Below the pieces are notes generated by a model. That model was given only the letters and a program-made list of their open reading frames with translations. It was not told the DNA's origin and ran no database searches. DNA of 64,000 bases from Rubrivivax sp. Lineage in GTDB: Bacteria; Pseudomonadota; Gammaproteobacteria; Burkholderiales; Burkholderiaceae_C. Positions 39,313 through 52,495 of the stretch are shown here, piece by piece. Made by a program: the position numbers and the translations under genes. The stretch spans positions 13,615 through 77,614 of the forward strand of contig JAXMEZ010000005.1 of the NCBI GenBank assembly GCA_046348035.1. Reading direction: 5' to 3'. Numbering within the stretch: the first letter of the stretch is position 1; the number at the start of each line of letters is the position of its first letter.

Positions 39313-40516
39313 TCAGTGCAGTTCTGTCGATGACCGCCGCCATCGCCGTCGCCGTGAGCTCGACGTTGTTCGTGTTCAGCCCCGCCACGCAGATGCGCCC
39401 GGAGCGGATGAGGTAGACGCCGTACTGCTCGCGCAGCCGGTCCACCTGCGTTGCGCTCAAGCCGGTGTAGCTGAACATGCCGCGCTGGGTGAGGAAGTAG
39501 CCGAAGTCGCGCCCCGGCTTCTTCGCTGTGAGCGTGGCGTGCAGGCTCCTGCGCATTGCCTGGATGCGCTGGCGCATTGCCGCCACGTCGGCTTCCCAGG
39601 CGGCGCGCAGCTTCGGCTCGCCGAGCACGCGCGTGACGATGCCCGCGGCGTGGATGGCCGGGCTCGAGTAGTTGCGGCGCACGGTGGCCTGCAGCTGGCC
39701 GTAGACCAGTTCGGCCTCGGCCGCGTCGGCGCAGACGACACTGAGCGCGCCGGCGCGCTCGCCGTACACGCTCATGCTCTTGGAAAACGAGTTGGCGACG
39801 AAGAACGACAAGCCGCTGTCGGCGAGCAGCCGCACCGCGAACGCGTCCTCGGCGATGCCGTCGCCGTAGCCCTGATAGGCGAGGTCGAGGTAGGGCAGCA
39901 GTTCGCGCCGGCGCAGGAGCGGCACCAGCTGCTCCCATTGCGCGCGGCTCAGGTCGACGCCGGTGGGGTTGTGGCAGCACGCGTGCAGAAGCACCACGCT
40001 GCGCGGCGGCAGCTTGGCGATCGCTTCGCACATCGCGTCGAAGCGCACGCCGCCGGTCGCGGCGTCGTAGTACGGGTACGTGTTCACCGAGACGCCGGCG
40101 CCTTCGAACATTGCGCGGTGGTTGTCCCAGCTCGGGTCGCTCATCCACATGCCGCTGTCGGGCAGCCAGCGCTTGATGAAGTCGGCGCCGACCTTGAGGC
40201 CGCCGCTGGAGCCCACCGTCTGCAGCGTGACGATGCGGCCGGCCTTCAGCGAAGGATGGTCGGCGCCGAAGAGCAGCTGCTGCACGGCAGCGCGCATCGC
40301 CGGCGCGCCGGCGATCGGCAGGTAGGGCTTCGGGCCGCTCTCGGCCAGCATCTGCGCTTCGGCGTCGCGCACGCATTGCAGCACCGGGATGCGGCCTTCG
40401 TTGTCGAAGTAGATGCCGATCGAGAGGTTGACCTTGTCCTTGCACGGGTCCTTCTGGAACTCGTCGTTGAGGCTGAGGATGGGGTCGCCGGCGTAGCGGT
40501 CGAGGTGCTGGAACAT
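39313..40516 (-). CDS. tyrB: Aromatic amino acid/aspartate aminotransferase
   Basis: GDPILSL, KVNLSIGIY, LHACCHNPTGVD, DLAYQG, SFSKSMSVYGERAG, QRGMFSYTGL. Stop probably at 39313 via an indel; otherwise the frame reads through to 38978. Confidence 0.9.
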
Positions 40517-40566
40517 GGCGCTGTGGGTTGTCGTGAAGTCGGGGAAGGAGAAGATCGCGATGGCGC

Positions 40567-41073
40567 TCAGGCCGCAGCCGGTGCCGGCGCGGCAAGCGCG
40601 CTTTCGATGTCGGCGCGCATCGACTCGGGCGTGTCGCGTGAGCCGTAGCGCTTGATGACGTGGCCGTCGCGGCCGACGAGGAACTTGGTGAAGTTCCACT
40701 TGATCGCTTCGCTGCCCAGCATCCCCGGCGCTTCGGCCTTGAGCCACTGCCACAGCGGGTGCGCGTCGCTGCCGTTGACCTGCACCTTGGACATCATCGG
40801 GAAGCTGACGCCGTAGTTCATCTCGCAGAACGACGAGATCTCTTCGTTGCTGCCGGGGTCCTGGCCGCCGAACTCGTTGCTCGGGAAGCCCACCACGACG
40901 AGGCCGCGCGCGGCGTAGTCGCGCCAAAGTTCTTCCAGGCCCTTGAACTGCGGCGTGAAGCCGCACTGGCTGGCCGTGTTCACCACCAGCAGTACCTTGC
41001 CGCGCTGGCTGGCGAAGTCGGCGTTGCGGCCCGCGATCGACAGGGCCTGGAAGTCGTAGATCGTGCCGGACAT
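40567..41073 (-). CDS. Glutathione peroxidase
   Basis: VNTASQCGFTPQ, GFPSNEFG, IKWNFTKFL. Confidence 0.95.
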   Translation of the reverse strand: MSGTIYDFQALSIAGRNADFASQRGKVLLVVNTASQCGFTPQFKGLEELWRDYAARGLVVVGFPSNEFGGQDPGSNEEISSFCEMNYGVSFPMMSKVQVNGSDAHPLWQWLKAEAPGMLGSEAIKWNFTKFLVGRDGHVIKRYGSRDTPESMRADIESALAAPAPAAA

Positions 41074-41273
41074 GGTGTGGGCCGCTCCAGAGGGTGGAAG
41101 CGGCATCGTAGCGCCGCGGCATGCCGATTGCCGTTCACGCGGGCTATCGATCAACCCCCACGGGCCGGCCTGCGCAGGGCGCCATCCATCCGCGGAGCGA
41201 TTGACTTCACCGCGGGCGGCCCGGACGATGCCCTGCGTGCGCCGGCAACCGGACTACCCGGATGGCTGCGACC

Positions 41274-42257
41274 ATGACGACCCTGCACCGCATCGCCCTG
41301 CTCGGCTTCAGCGCTTTCGAGTGCGAGACGCTGGCGTCGTGTTTCCGGCTCGCCAGCACGCGCGAGCCGCGCTACGAGCTCGTGCAGCTCATGCTCGGGG
41401 CCGACTTCGTCGTCGCCGACGCCGACCATCCGCCTTCGGTGGAACTGGTGCTCGCGGTCGAGCGGCTGCCCGAGACGGTGTTCGTCGGCGCCGAGCCACC
41501 CGAAGGCGCGGTGGCCTGGCTGCAGCGGCCGATCGACCCGCTGCGCGTGCTGCGCGAGCTGGACGCACTGGCCAGCCGGCGCATGCAGTCCACGCTGCCG
41601 GCGCGCGCCGCGGCCCTGGCCCGCCGCCGCGGCGCCGAAGCCGAAGCGCGCCGGCGCACGGTCATCCAGCCCGTCCGCCCCGAGCGGCCCGAGCCGCCCG
41701 AGCACTTGCTGCAGCAGCAGCAGGAGCACCGCGACGGCGGGGCGGGGGTGGACTTGCCGCTGCCGCTGGAACATCTGCCACCCTCAGCGCAGCCTGCGTC
41801 GTCGACACCGGCCGCGCACTTGGCGCCTGCTGTCGTCCGCCACGCCAGCGCGGCCACCGGGCCCACCGCGCTCCTCGTCGACGACAGCGAAGTGGCGCTG
41901 CGCTTCCTGCAGAAGAAGCTGGCGCCGTTCGGCCTGGTGGCCGACTGCGTGCGCCACAGCGACGCGGCGATCGAGCGCCTGGCGCAGCGGCGCTACGACT
42001 TCATCTTCCTCGACATGGAGCTCGGCGACCGCAGCGCCCTCGATGGGCTGGGCCTGTGCCGGCGCATCAAGCGCAGCGCGAGCGGCGCCAACGTGGTGAT
42101 GGTCACCGCGCACCACAGCGAACTCGACCGCGTGCGCGGGGCGCTGGCCGGTTGCGACGGCTTCCTCGGCAAGCCGCTGGCCGAGGACGAGCTGGCGCTG
42201 TACCTGGCGCGCTGCGGCGTGCACGCGCCGGTGGCCGCGAGCGCGGCGCTTTCCTGA
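41274..42257 (+). CDS. Response regulator: degenerate N-terminal receiver, linker, C-terminal receiver; no DNA-binding domain
   Basis: C-terminal LLVDDSEV, FIFLDMEL, DGL, VMVTA, AGCDGFLGKP. Confidence 0.8.
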   Translation: MTTLHRIALLGFSAFECETLASCFRLASTREPRYELVQLMLGADFVVADADHPPSVELVLAVERLPETVFVGAEPPEGAVAWLQRPIDPLRVLRELDALASRRMQSTLPARAAALARRRGAEAEARRRTVIQPVRPERPEPPEHLLQQQQEHRDGGAGVDLPLPLEHLPPSAQPASSTPAAHLAPAVVRHASAATGPTALLVDDSEVALRFLQKKLAPFGLVADCVRHSDAAIERLAQRRYDFIFLDMELGDRSALDGLGLCRRIKRSASGANVVMVTAHHSELDRVRGALAGCDGFLGKPLAEDELALYLARCGVHAPVAASAALS

Positions 42258-42319
42258 GCGGCGGCGAGCGCGGTGCGAACGGCGCCGTTGCGCCGTACGG
42301 CCGGTGCGCCGTTGGGCCT

Positions 42320-43263
42320 TCAGCCGCGCGCCGCCAGCAGCGAAGCGCCGACGATCAACGCCGCGCCGAGCGCCAGCGCCGGCGTGAATGTGCTGGCGCC
42401 CAGCAGCACGGCGCTGCCGCCGGCGAACACCACTTCGCCGACCATCACCACCGCCGTCACGTTGGCGCGCACGCGCGCGGCGCCGTACCAGGTGCAAGGT
42501 TCGCAGCGACGAACCACACCGAGAGCAAAGCAACGCCGACGAGCCATGCCGACGTGGCCTCGGGTAGCGGCACCCGGCCGCCGGTGCCGTCGCCACTTCC
42601 GCTGCCACCGCTGCCGCTGCTGACCTCACCGCCGAGCGCCAGCGCCAGAAGCGTGGCGACGACGGCGCCGCCGAGGAACATCGCCAGCGCGCGCGCCGCC
42701 TCGGGCTCGGCGGCATGGCGGCGCAGCAGCACGTTGGTGAGCGCGAAGGCGAAGCCACCGGCCAGGCCCAGCCACTCCGCGAGCGTGTGCGGCAGCGGCC
42801 AGCGCGCGCCGCCGGCGCTGCCGGCAGCGTCGGCCGGCCAGAGCACGATGGCCGCACCGGCGAGCGACATCGCCAGCCGGAGCGCGGCGCCCGCGGTCAG
42901 CGGCTCGCGCAGCAGCCAGCGCGCCAGCAGCACCGCCCACAGCGGCATCAGGTAGAACAGCAGCACCACGCGCACGACGTCGCCGATCGTCACGCCCCAG
43001 TTGAAGGTGGCGTTGGTGGCGCCCGACGCGAGCACGAGCCACGCCAGCGCCGGCGCGTGCGCGAGCTGGCGCCAGGCGGCCGGCCGCGCGACACCGATGA
43101 CGAGCACGCCGGCCGCGTAGACGATGGCTGTCGCCCACAGCGGGTGCAGGCCGCGCTCGCCCAACTCGCGCAACGGCCACCACGACACGCCCCAGGCGAA
43201 GGCGTTGAAGAGAAGGCCGGCGATCGCCCACGCGTGCCGGCTGCGTGCGCGTGCCTCGGTCAC
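42320..43263 (-). CDS. DMT/EamA-family transporter; frameshift near 42490
   Basis: WGVSWWPLR, VVRVVLLFYLMPLW, YGAAR...AVVM.GEVVFA. Confidence 0.85.
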
Positions 43264-43330
43264 TCAGCTTCCCGCGGCAGTCGCTTTGCCTCGAGTGCGC
43301 TGGGCCGCGCACCGGGCAGGCGCAGAGCCT

Positions 43331-44608
43331 TCAATGCCCATCGGTGCGCGCGATCGCCAGCAGGTGCTCCACCTCGGCGCGGTGCGTGCGCAGGTTGCGC
43401 AGGTGCCAGCGGCGGATCAGTTCCATCGTGCCGGCCACGGCGATGCCGAAGATCGCGATCGCGCCGAAGGCCGAGAGGCCGAAGCGCGTCATGCCGGCGT
43501 AGAACGCGCCGAGGCCGAGGATGCAGGCCTGCTCGTTGAAGTTCTGCACGGCGATCGAACGGCCGGCGCCCATCAGGTTGTGGCCGCGGTGCTGCAGGAG
43601 CGCGTTCATCGGCACGACGAGGAAGCCGCCGAGTGCGCCGAGCATCGTGAGGAACGGCGCCGCGACCCACACGTTGTCGATGGCGACCATGCCGATCACG
43701 AGCACGCCCATCGCCGTGCCGAGCGGGATGACGCCGGTGGCGCGGTCCAGCCGCATCAACGCGGTGGCCACCACGGCGCCGATGGCGGTGCCGATGGCCA
43801 CCACGCCCACCAGGCGCGAAGCCTGCGTCGTGTCGAAGGCCAGCGCCGCTGCTGCCCAGGCGAGCACGATGTAGCGCAGGTTGCCGGCCACACCCCAGAA
43901 GAGCGTCGTCGTCGACAGCGAGATCTGCCCGAGCCGGTCGTGCCACAGGCGCGAGTTGCAGTCGGCGAAGTCGCGCACCAGCACCGCGAGCTTGGCGTTG
44001 AACGGGATCAGCGGCGCTTCGGTGCGCGGGATGTAGAGGTTGAAGATGGCCGCGAGCACGTAGACGAAGACGAGGACGCTGATCGCCGCCTCGGGCGGCG
44101 TGTCGACGCCGGTGTCCAGCATCGGGAAGTCGAAGCCCAGCAGCATCGCGGCCACGCGCGGGCCGATGAGCTGGCCGCCCAGCAGCACGCCGAGGATGAT
44201 CGAGGCGATCGTCAGCCCTTCGATCCAGCCGTTGGCCTTGACGAGCTGCGAGGCGGGCAGCAACTCGGTGAGGATGCCGTACTTGGCCGGCGAGTACGCC
44301 GCCGCGCCGAGGCCGACGATGGCGTAGGCGAGGATCGGGTGCGAGCCGAACAGCATCATCAGGCAGCCGACGATCTTGATGCTGTTGGAGACGAACATCA
44401 CGCGGCCCTTCGGGATGCAGTCGGCGAAGGCGCCCACGAACGGCGCCAGCACGACGTAGAAGAGCGCGAACATCGGCACCAGCGCGGCGCGCTGCCATTC
44501 GGCGGCGCCACCGCTGCGCAGCAGCTCGACGGCGGCGACGAACAAGGCGTTGTCGGCCAGCGAGCTGAAGAACTGCGCCGACATGATGGTGGAGAAGCCT
44601 CGTTTCAT
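43331..44608 (-). CDS. lplT: Lysophospholipid transporter (MFS)
   Basis: [54 protein letters not shown]. Confidence 0.93.
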   Translation of the reverse strand: MKRGFSTIMSAQFFSSLADNALFVAAVELLRSGGAAEWQRAALVPMFALFYVVLAPFVGAFADCIPKGRVMFVSNSIKIVGCLMMLFGSHPILAYAIVGLGAAAYSPAKYGILTELLPASQLVKANGWIEGLTIASIILGVLLGGQLIGPRVAAMLLGFDFPMLDTGVDTPPEAAISVLVFVYVLAAIFNLYIPRTEAPLIPFNAKLAVLVRDFADCNSRLWHDRLGQISLSTTTLFWGVAGNLRYIVLAWAAAALAFDTTQASRLVGVVAIGTAIGAVVATALMRLDRATGVIPLGTAMGVLVIGMVAIDNVWVAAPFLTMLGALGGFLVVPMNALLQHRGHNLMGAGRSIAVQNFNEQACILGLGAFYAGMTRFGLSAFGAIAIFGIAVAGTMELIRRWHLRNLRTHRAEVEHLLAIARTDGH

Positions 44609-44847
44609 CGTCGTCGGCGTGCGCGCAGCGAAAGGGATTCGCTGCGAAAGGTTCTCCTCGGGGCAGGGCGCGGGCTTGGGGACTCTCGGCTCTTGGTGGC
44701 CGGCCGGCCTGCGGGGCGGCGGTTTATAGCACGCGCATTTGCGGTGCCAGAATCGCCGCGCCCCATTCAAGGCCCCGTGCCTCCGGGGGGATTCGCATCC
44801 GTTGGCGCTCCCTCGCTTCAATCCTCTCCTTCGCTCTCCTTATCCGC

Positions 44848-45966
44848 ATGCCGCGCCCGATCGAAGCGCTGATCCACACCGCCGCGCTCGCGCACAACCT
44901 GGCGCGCGCGCGCACCGCCGCGCCCGGCGCCCGCCGTTGGGCGGTGGTGAAGGCCAATGCCTACGGGCACGGCATCGAGCGCGCCTACGAAGGGCTGCGC
45001 GGCGCCGACGGCTTCGCGCTTTTGGACCTGGCCGAAGCCGAACGCGTGCGCGCGCTCGGCTGGCGCGGCCCGGTGCTGCTGCTCGAAGGCGTGTTCGAGC
45101 CGCGCGACCTGGAGACGGTGTCGCGCCTGGCGCTGTGGCACACGGTGCATTGCGCCGAGCAGATCGACTGGATCGCCGCGCACAAGACCGCGGCGCCGCA
45201 GCACGTGTTCCTGAAGATGAACAGCGGCATGAACCGGCTCGGCTTCCGGCCGGCGAGCTATCGCGCTGCGTGGGCGCGCCTGAACGCCTTGCCGCAGGTG
45301 GGCGAGATCGGCCTGATGACGCACTTCTCCGATGCCGACGGCGAGCGCGGCATCGCGGCGCAGCTGGAGGCCTTCGTCGCCGCGACTCGCGACCTGCCCG
45401 GCGAGCGCACCGTGGCCAACAGCGCTGCCATCCTGCGACACCACGGCAAGGGCAGCCTGCTCGCCGGGCCGAACAGCGGCGACTGGGTGCGCGCCGGCAT
45501 CATGAGCTACGGCAGCGCGCCTGATTTCCCCGAGCACGACGCCGCGCACTGGAAGCTGATGCCGGCGATGACGCTGCGCACGCGCCTCATCGCCGTCCAG
45601 CAGCTCGCCAGCGGCGACAGCGTCGGCTACGGCAGCACGTTCGTCGCTGCGCGCCCGATGCGCATCGGCATCGCCGCCTGCGGCTACGCCGACGGCTACC
45701 CGCGCCACGCCGCGCACGGCACGCCGGTGCTCGTGGGCGGCGTGCGCGGCACGGTCGGCCGCGTGTCGATGGACATGCTCGCGGTGGACCTCACGCCGTT
45801 GCCCGCGGCCGGCGTCGGCAGCGAGGTGACGCTGTGGGGCTGTGGCGGTGCCGACGGCAACGCCATCCTTTCGATCGATGAGGTGGCGCGCTCGGCGGCT
45901 ACGATCGGCTACGAACTGATGTGCGCACTGGCCCAGCGGGTGCCGGTGCGCGCGGTGAGCGAGTGA
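44848..45966 (+). CDS. alr: Alanine racemase
   Basis: [42 protein letters not shown]. Confidence 0.95.
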   Translation: MPRPIEALIHTAALAHNLARARTAAPGARRWAVVKANAYGHGIERAYEGLRGADGFALLDLAEAERVRALGWRGPVLLLEGVFEPRDLETVSRLALWHTVHCAEQIDWIAAHKTAAPQHVFLKMNSGMNRLGFRPASYRAAWARLNALPQVGEIGLMTHFSDADGERGIAAQLEAFVAATRDLPGERTVANSAAILRHHGKGSLLAGPNSGDWVRAGIMSYGSAPDFPEHDAAHWKLMPAMTLRTRLIAVQQLASGDSVGYGSTFVAARPMRIGIAACGYADGYPRHAAHGTPVLVGGVRGTVGRVSMDMLAVDLTPLPAAGVGSEVTLWGCGGADGNAILSIDEVARSAATIGYELMCALAQRVPVRAVSE

Positions 45967-46008
45967 GGTTCGGAGACGACAACCACCCGTGCCAGGAGCG
46001 CAAAGAAC

Positions 46009-46278
46009 ATGGAACGCGGAATCTTCATGACCATCGTCGTCGGCCTCGTCGTGGGCGCCATTGCGCGCTTCGTGATGCCGGGCGACCAGAAGATGGGCTG
46101 GATCCTCACCTGCCTGCTCGGCATCGGTGGCTCGCTGGCCGCGGGCTTCATCGGCCAGGTCGTCGGCTGGTACCAACCGGGCGAAGGCGCCGGCTGGATC
46201 GCCTCGATCGTCGGCGCGCTGGTGCTGCTGTTCATCGTCGGCAAGCTGAAGGGCTCCTCGGGCGGCTCATCGACGTGA
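46009..46278 (+). CDS. GlsB/YeaQ/YmgE family membrane protein
   Basis: GLVVGAIARFVMPG, LGIGGS, WIASIVGALVLL. Confidence 0.88.
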   Translation: MERGIFMTIVVGLVVGAIARFVMPGDQKMGWILTCLLGIGGSLAAGFIGQVVGWYQPGEGAGWIASIVGALVLLFIVGKLKGSSGGSST

Positions 46279-46347
46279 CAGGCGTGGTCCGCGTGACCGT
46301 CTCGGCGGCACGCTGAGGCGGCGGCGCCGCGGCACCAGAATCGCCGC

Positions 46348-47727
<1,380 letters not shown>

Positions 47728-47754
47728 GGCGGATTCGCCGCCGATCGCGCAGCA

Positions 47755-47835
47755 AACCGTTCGGGCTGAGCCTGTCGAAGCCTCGCCTGGGCTGCCGAGG
47801 GAGACGGCGCTTCGACAAGCTCAGCGCGAACGGTT
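47755..47835. repeat. REP-like palindrome family A, copy 4 (simplest form)
   Basis: AACCGTTCGGGCTGAGCCTGTCGAAGC...GCTTCGACAAGCTCAGCGCGAACGGTT. Confidence 0.9.
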
Positions 47836-47960
47836 GTGGAATCGAGCGACCCCGCGCCGCGCCGGGCTTCTTGTCATCGGCGCAAGATGCCCTCACGTTG
47901 CAGCCCAGCCGCCGGTTCCGGCGGTGCGGTTGTCACCCGAGTGCTGGAGGACCCAAGGCC

Positions 47961-48236
47961 ATGTGGAAGCGCTTGTCCGTGCTGTGGACCGTGGTGCGCG
48001 GCGACGCGCGGCTCTTGTGGCGCGCGCTGCGCCACCCGCACTCGCCAGGCTGGCTGAAGCTGGGCACGCTGGCGATCGTGGCCTACGTGCTGTGGCCGGT
48101 GGACCTGATCCCCGACTTCATCCCGTTCCTCGGCGCCGTCGACGACATCGTCCTCGTGCCGCTGGCGATCCGCTTCCTGCTCGACCGCCTGCCCGGGGCG
48201 CTGCGCGCCGAGATCTCGCAGCAGCCGCTCGCTTGA
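47961..48236 (+). CDS. YkvA/DUF1232 family membrane protein
   Basis: YVLWPVDLIPDFIPFLGAVDD. GGAGG upstream. Confidence 0.9.
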   Translation: MWKRLSVLWTVVRGDARLLWRALRHPHSPGWLKLGTLAIVAYVLWPVDLIPDFIPFLGAVDDIVLVPLAIRFLLDRLPGALRAEISQQPLA

Positions 48237-48252
48237 ACGTGCCGCGCGCTTC

Positions 48253-49032
48253 CTATTCGCCGCGGCCGGCCAGCAGTTCGCGCGCTGCCTGCGTGAGCCC
48301 GTAGCCGGCGCGCCGGATCTCGTTGCCGAAGCGGTAGGCATACGTGCTGCCGCGCTTCCACTTCGCGAACTTGCGGTTCGACGCCACCACGATGGTCGAG
48401 GCGATCGCTTCGTCGTGCCCGCACGGCGTGGGCGTGACGAGGCGGAACTTGAGGCCGAAGCGCCAGCCCTGGTCGAACACGTGGTCGTACGGCAGGCTCA
48501 TCGGCAACAGGCCCTCGACGTAGGCCGCGGCGGCCTTGCGGTTCATCAGGTACGCGCTCGAACCGGTGCAGCGCGAGAGCATCACCGCCAGCGAGTGCCC
48601 CGGGGCCACCTCGAGGTAGGGCACCGGCGTGCCCGAGTGAACCGCCGAGAGCTTGGCCACGTCCCAGCGCTCGCTGCGCGCCACGAGGCCCTCCAGCACC
48701 GCCGGCAGGCTGGCGTGCAGCAGCACGTCGTCTTCGAGCACGAGCGCGAACTCGAACGGGCTCGCCAGCAGCGCGCGCATCACCTCGACGTGCGACAGGT
48801 AACATCCCAGCTCGCCCAGCGACGGCGCCATGCCGTGCTTGCGCCGGTAGGCCGGCTCGTCGAGCGCGGCGGCCTGTTCAGGCGTCAGCGCGCGCGCATC
48901 GACGGCGGCCAGGCGCGTCCAGGGCAGGCCGAGGCCATCGAGCTGGGCGCGGATGCGCGCCAGGCGCTCGGGCGCGCGATCGAGGTTGATGACCCATGTG
49001 TGCAGGCTTTGCAGTCGGTGCGGCTGATTCAC
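48253..49032 (-). CDS. Glycosyltransferase family 25
   Basis: WVINLDRAPER, AVDA, GELGCYLSH, LVLEDD. Confidence 0.9.
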   Translation of the reverse strand: MNQPHRLQSLHTWVINLDRAPERLARIRAQLDGLGLPWTRLAAVDARALTPEQAAALDEPAYRRKHGMAPSLGELGCYLSHVEVMRALLASPFEFALVLEDDVLLHASLPAVLEGLVARSERWDVAKLSAVHSGTPVPYLEVAPGHSLAVMLSRCTGSSAYLMNRKAAAAYVEGLLPMSLPYDHVFDQGWRFGLKFRLVTPTPCGHDEAIASTIVVASNRKFAKWKRGSTYAYRFGNEIRRAGYGLTQAARELLAGRGE

Positions 49033-49137
49033 GGCGCGATTCTCTTGTCGCGCGCGCTGCGTTCGACACGGGGGTTTCATGAGCCTGCGTTGTTGCCCGC
49101 AGGGCGCATGCCGCGGCGCGCAGCGCGGAGGCACCCG

Positions 49138-49611
49138 ATGACCGCGCCGCTCGGCTGGGCGCTTGCCGTGCTGGCCGTGGCGGTGGGCTACATCGGCTGG
49201 GGCTGGCCAGGCGTGGCGCTGGCCATCACGGTGGTCGTCTTCTGGCTGCTGCTGCAATTCAGCCGCGCCTTGCGCGTGCTGCGCGAAGCATCGGGCCGGC
49301 CGGTGGGCAGCGTCGACAACGCCGTGATGCTGCACGCCAAGCTGCACCGCGGCCTGCGGCTGCCGCAGATCCTGAAGTTCACGCGCAGCCTCGGCCGCAA
49401 GGAGCCGGGGCCGGAGGGCGCTGCATCAGGGGCCGAGGAGCGCTTCACCTGGACCGATGCGGCCGGCGATAGCGTGCAGGCGGTGCTGCGCGACGGCCGC
49501 CTCAGCGAATGGACGCTGCTGCGCGCGGCGGCTGCCGGGCCCACAGCGCAGCCGCCGCCGCCGTCGCCAGGCCCTGCCACCGAGCAAAGCCCCGGCGGCC
49601 CCGGAACCTAG
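49138..49611 (+). CDS. Conserved hypothetical membrane protein
   Basis: Two N-terminal TMs, then FWLLLQFSRALRVL, PVGSVDNAVMLHAKL, TRSLG, WTD. I recall this family next to ilvE in Burkholderiales; function unknown. Confidence 0.75.
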   Translation: MTAPLGWALAVLAVAVGYIGWGWPGVALAITVVVFWLLLQFSRALRVLREASGRPVGSVDNAVMLHAKLHRGLRLPQILKFTRSLGRKEPGPEGAASGAEERFTWTDAAGDSVQAVLRDGRLSEWTLLRAAAAGPTAQPPPPSPGPATEQSPGGPGT

Positions 49612-49690
49612 AATCTCCGCTTCCCCTTCGTCAATTCCGCATTCGCTGCCGGCGCCTTCGAAACGCCCGGCGGCCCCAGGAGCAAACCCC

Positions 49691-50617
49691 ATGTCGATGT
49701 CCGACCGCGACGGCAAGATCTGGATGGACGGCCGCCTCGTCGACTGGCGCGACGCCAGGATCCACGTGCTGACGCACACGCTGCACTACGGCTGCGGCGC
49801 CTTCGAAGGCGTGCGCGCCTACAAGACGGCCAGCGGCAAGACAGCCATCTTCCGCCTGCGCGAGCACACCGAGCGGCTCTTCAACAGCGCCAAGATCCTG
49901 CGCATGAAGATCCCCTACAGCCGCGAGCAGGTGATGGACGCGCAATGCGAGGTGGTGCGCGCCAACAAGCTGGAGAGCTGCTACCTGCGCCCGCTCACCT
50001 GGATCGGCTCCGAGAAGCTGGGCGTCAGCCCCAAGGGCAACACCATCCACCTGATGATCGCCGCCTGGGCCTGGGGCGCCTACCTCGGCGAAGAAGGCAT
50101 GAAGCGCGGCATCCGCGTCAAGACCAGCAGCTACACGCGCCACCACGTCAACATCACGATGACGCAGGCCAAGGCGGTGAGCAACTACACCAACAGCATC
50201 CTCGCCAACATGGAAGCCACCGACGAGGGCTACGACGAGGCGCTGCTGCTCGACGCGGCCGGCTTCGTCTCCGAAGGCGCGGGCGAGAACCTCTTCGTCA
50301 TCAAGAACGGCGTGGTCTACACACCGGATCTCTCGGCCGGTGCGCTCAACGGCATCACGCGCAACACCATCTTCGCGATCTGCCAGGACCTGGGCCTCCA
50401 GCTGGTGGAAAAGCGCATCACGCGCGACGAGGTCTACATCGCCGACGAGGCCTTCTTCACCGGCACCGCCGCCGAGGTCACGCCGATCCGCGAACTCGAC
50501 CGCATCGAGCTCGGAAGCGGCTCGCGTGGACCCGTCACCGAGAAGATCCAGAGCGCCTTCTTCGACATCGTCAACGGCCGCAACGCGAAGTACGCCGAGT
50601 GGCTGGCGCCGGTGTGA
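49691..50617 (+). CDS. ilvE: Branched-chain amino acid aminotransferase
   Basis: LHYGCGAFEGVRAY, AKAVSNY, SEGAGENLF, LNGITR, EAFFTGTAAEVTPI. Confidence 0.97.
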   Translation: MSMSDRDGKIWMDGRLVDWRDARIHVLTHTLHYGCGAFEGVRAYKTASGKTAIFRLREHTERLFNSAKILRMKIPYSREQVMDAQCEVVRANKLESCYLRPLTWIGSEKLGVSPKGNTIHLMIAAWAWGAYLGEEGMKRGIRVKTSSYTRHHVNITMTQAKAVSNYTNSILANMEATDEGYDEALLLDAAGFVSEGAGENLFVIKNGVVYTPDLSAGALNGITRNTIFAICQDLGLQLVEKRITRDEVYIADEAFFTGTAAEVTPIRELDRIELGSGSRGPVTEKIQSAFFDIVNGRNAKYAEWLAPV

Positions 50618-50636
50618 GTGCAGGGAGAACCGAAGA

Positions 50637-50861
50637 ATGAGCCGTGCCGCCGATCCGACTGCACCGAAGGCCGTCGTCGAACTCGCCGCCGCCGATCTCG
50701 TCGGCCCGGGCGTCGTCCACTGCCCGAACCCGAAGATGCCGCTGTGGAGCACGCACCCGCGCGTCTTCATCGACGTGGCGACCACGGGCGAAGGCCGCTG
50801 CCCGTACTGCGGCACCGCCTACCGCCTGAAGGCCGGCGAGAAGGTGCACGCGGCGCATTGA
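50637..50861 (+). CDS. zf-CHCC zinc-finger protein
   Basis: HCPNP.MPLWSTHPRVF...CPYCG. Confidence 0.9.
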   Translation: MSRAADPTAPKAVVELAAADLVGPGVVHCPNPKMPLWSTHPRVFIDVATTGEGRCPYCGTAYRLKAGEKVHAAH

Positions 50862-50890
50862 GGCCGATTCGCCATCAATCGCATAGGAAT

Positions 50891-50988
50891 CCGTTCGGGC
50901 TGAGCTTGTCGAAGCCCCTTCCAGCCCCGTCGAAGGGCGGCGCTTCGACAAGCTGTCCTGAGCTCGTCGAAGGGCTCAGCGCGAACGG
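50891..50988. repeat. REP-like palindrome family A, copy 5
   Basis: CCGTTCGGGCTGAGCTTGTCGAAGC...GCTTCGACAAG[CTGTCCTGAGCTCGTCGAAG]GGCTCAGCGCGAACGG. Confidence 0.9.
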
Positions 50989-51058
50989 TTCTTGAGGATC
51001 ATGCGCGACCCGGTATGAGCGCGTGATCGCCGCGCGCCCCGCGGCAACCCGCCGCGCC

Positions 51059-52332
51059 CTAGAGCGCGTCGATGATCTCGCGCCGCTTGCGCTGGTATTC
51101 CTCTTCCGTGATGAGGGTTCGCTTCGCGCAGCCGGCGCAGCGCGAGCAGGCGGCGTTCCTGCTCCTCCAGGTAGGCCGCGTCGCGCACGCGCGGCGGCGC
51201 CGCGGAGCGGCGGCAGGCGCCGGTGCGCTGGTAGCCGCGGAAGCAGAAGCGGCGGCTGAAGCGGGCGCGCGCGCGGCGGTCGCTGTCGCCGCTGCGGCCG
51301 TTGGTGTGGACGATGTGGACGGGGCCGCCGCTGCGGCCGCGCCGTCGAGAAGCTTGGCGCTCAACGCCCGCTGCAACCAGGATTCACCGGTGCTGCTGCG
51401 CCCGGTGCCGGCGCCGCGCCGCCGGCGGCCAGACCGACCAGCACGCCCGGAGCGCAACTGCGCGCGCTGCTGCGCCTCGTCGGCAGCGAGCAGGTCGACG
51501 ATCGCCGTGGCCGGCGGCTGCGCGCTGCGGTAGCCCATCGCGAGCGCCGGCCGCCCCCGCCTCGGGTGCCGCCACGCCGAGCGGCAGGCGCGCGATCGGC
51601 GCTTCGGCCGCGACTTGCTGCCGCGCCGAGGGTGGCGATCCAGTCCGATTCGATGCTGAGCTTCGCCGCGGTGACCACGGCGATCAGCGAAGCGCCGGCG
51701 AGCGCGCGCGCGCCCACGAAGCGCGAGGGCACCGTGAACGAAACGGTGCGGCCGCGCACGCGCACGTCGGTGGCGAAGAAGATCTCGGCGTCGATGACGG
51801 CATCGACATCGGTGCCGGCCGGCACGCCGCCGTCGCCGAGTGCATCGCGCAGCTGGCGCCGCATCAGCTCCGGCCGCGGCGTCAGCACGATCGCCCGCTC
51901 CCACGCGTGCGCGGCGTCGGTGCGGGCGCGCCGCCCGGGCAACAGCGCCGTGTGCCCCGAGCCGGCGACGCGGTCGAGGTCGAGGTAGATGTCGAGGTTG
52001 AAGGCGTAGAAGCCGCGCCGCGCGAACAGCGACAGGTCCTCGTTGCCGAGCAGGCCCGACTTCACCTGCGCCGGATCGCGCACGACGTTGGCGAAGGTGG
52101 CCTCGAAGCGCAGCCGTTCGCCTTCGTCGAAGACGCGCAGCGTGCGCAGGTCGAGGTCGCCCGGCTCGACGATCGGCTCACGCGGCGGCACGAGCGTGCC
52201 GTCGCCATTGTCGTCGCCGGCCGCATCGGCGAGCTGGAGCAGCGGCTGCTGCGGCTGCGCGGGCGCCGGCAGCGGTGCGGCCAGCGACACCACCGTCAGG
52301 CACAGCGCCGCGGCGAGGAAACGGGTCTTCAT
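51059..52332 (-). CDS. Secreted glucodextranase DOMON-like domain protein with C-terminal SHOCT-like motif; frameshifted
   Basis: Signal peptide, DAAGDDNGDG...P...GDLDL, FNLDIYLD, LLPGR, WERAIVLTP, Ala-rich linker, LITEEEYQRKRREII. Confidence 0.7.
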
Positions 52333-52495
52333 CGGCAAAGCGTCCTGGCAGGAAGGCGGCGAAGCGTAAGGCAAGAAGGGCCCGCATCCGCGAGCGGATG
52401 GGGCCCCCTCGGCTTTCTCGGCTTTCTTGGCTTTCTCGGCTTGCCTATGTTGGCTCGCCTATTCGTGAAGCGGCGGCGCGAGCCGCCGGCAGCGT

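Noticed and set aside
38978-41122. 714-aa aminotransferase fusion
   Set aside because: The N-terminal part is an off-frame read of gpx, and the C-terminal part is read-through into repeats after a likely indel.
49138-49611. Glycerate kinase label often given to this family
   Set aside because: Too short and membrane-anchored, with no kinase motifs visible.
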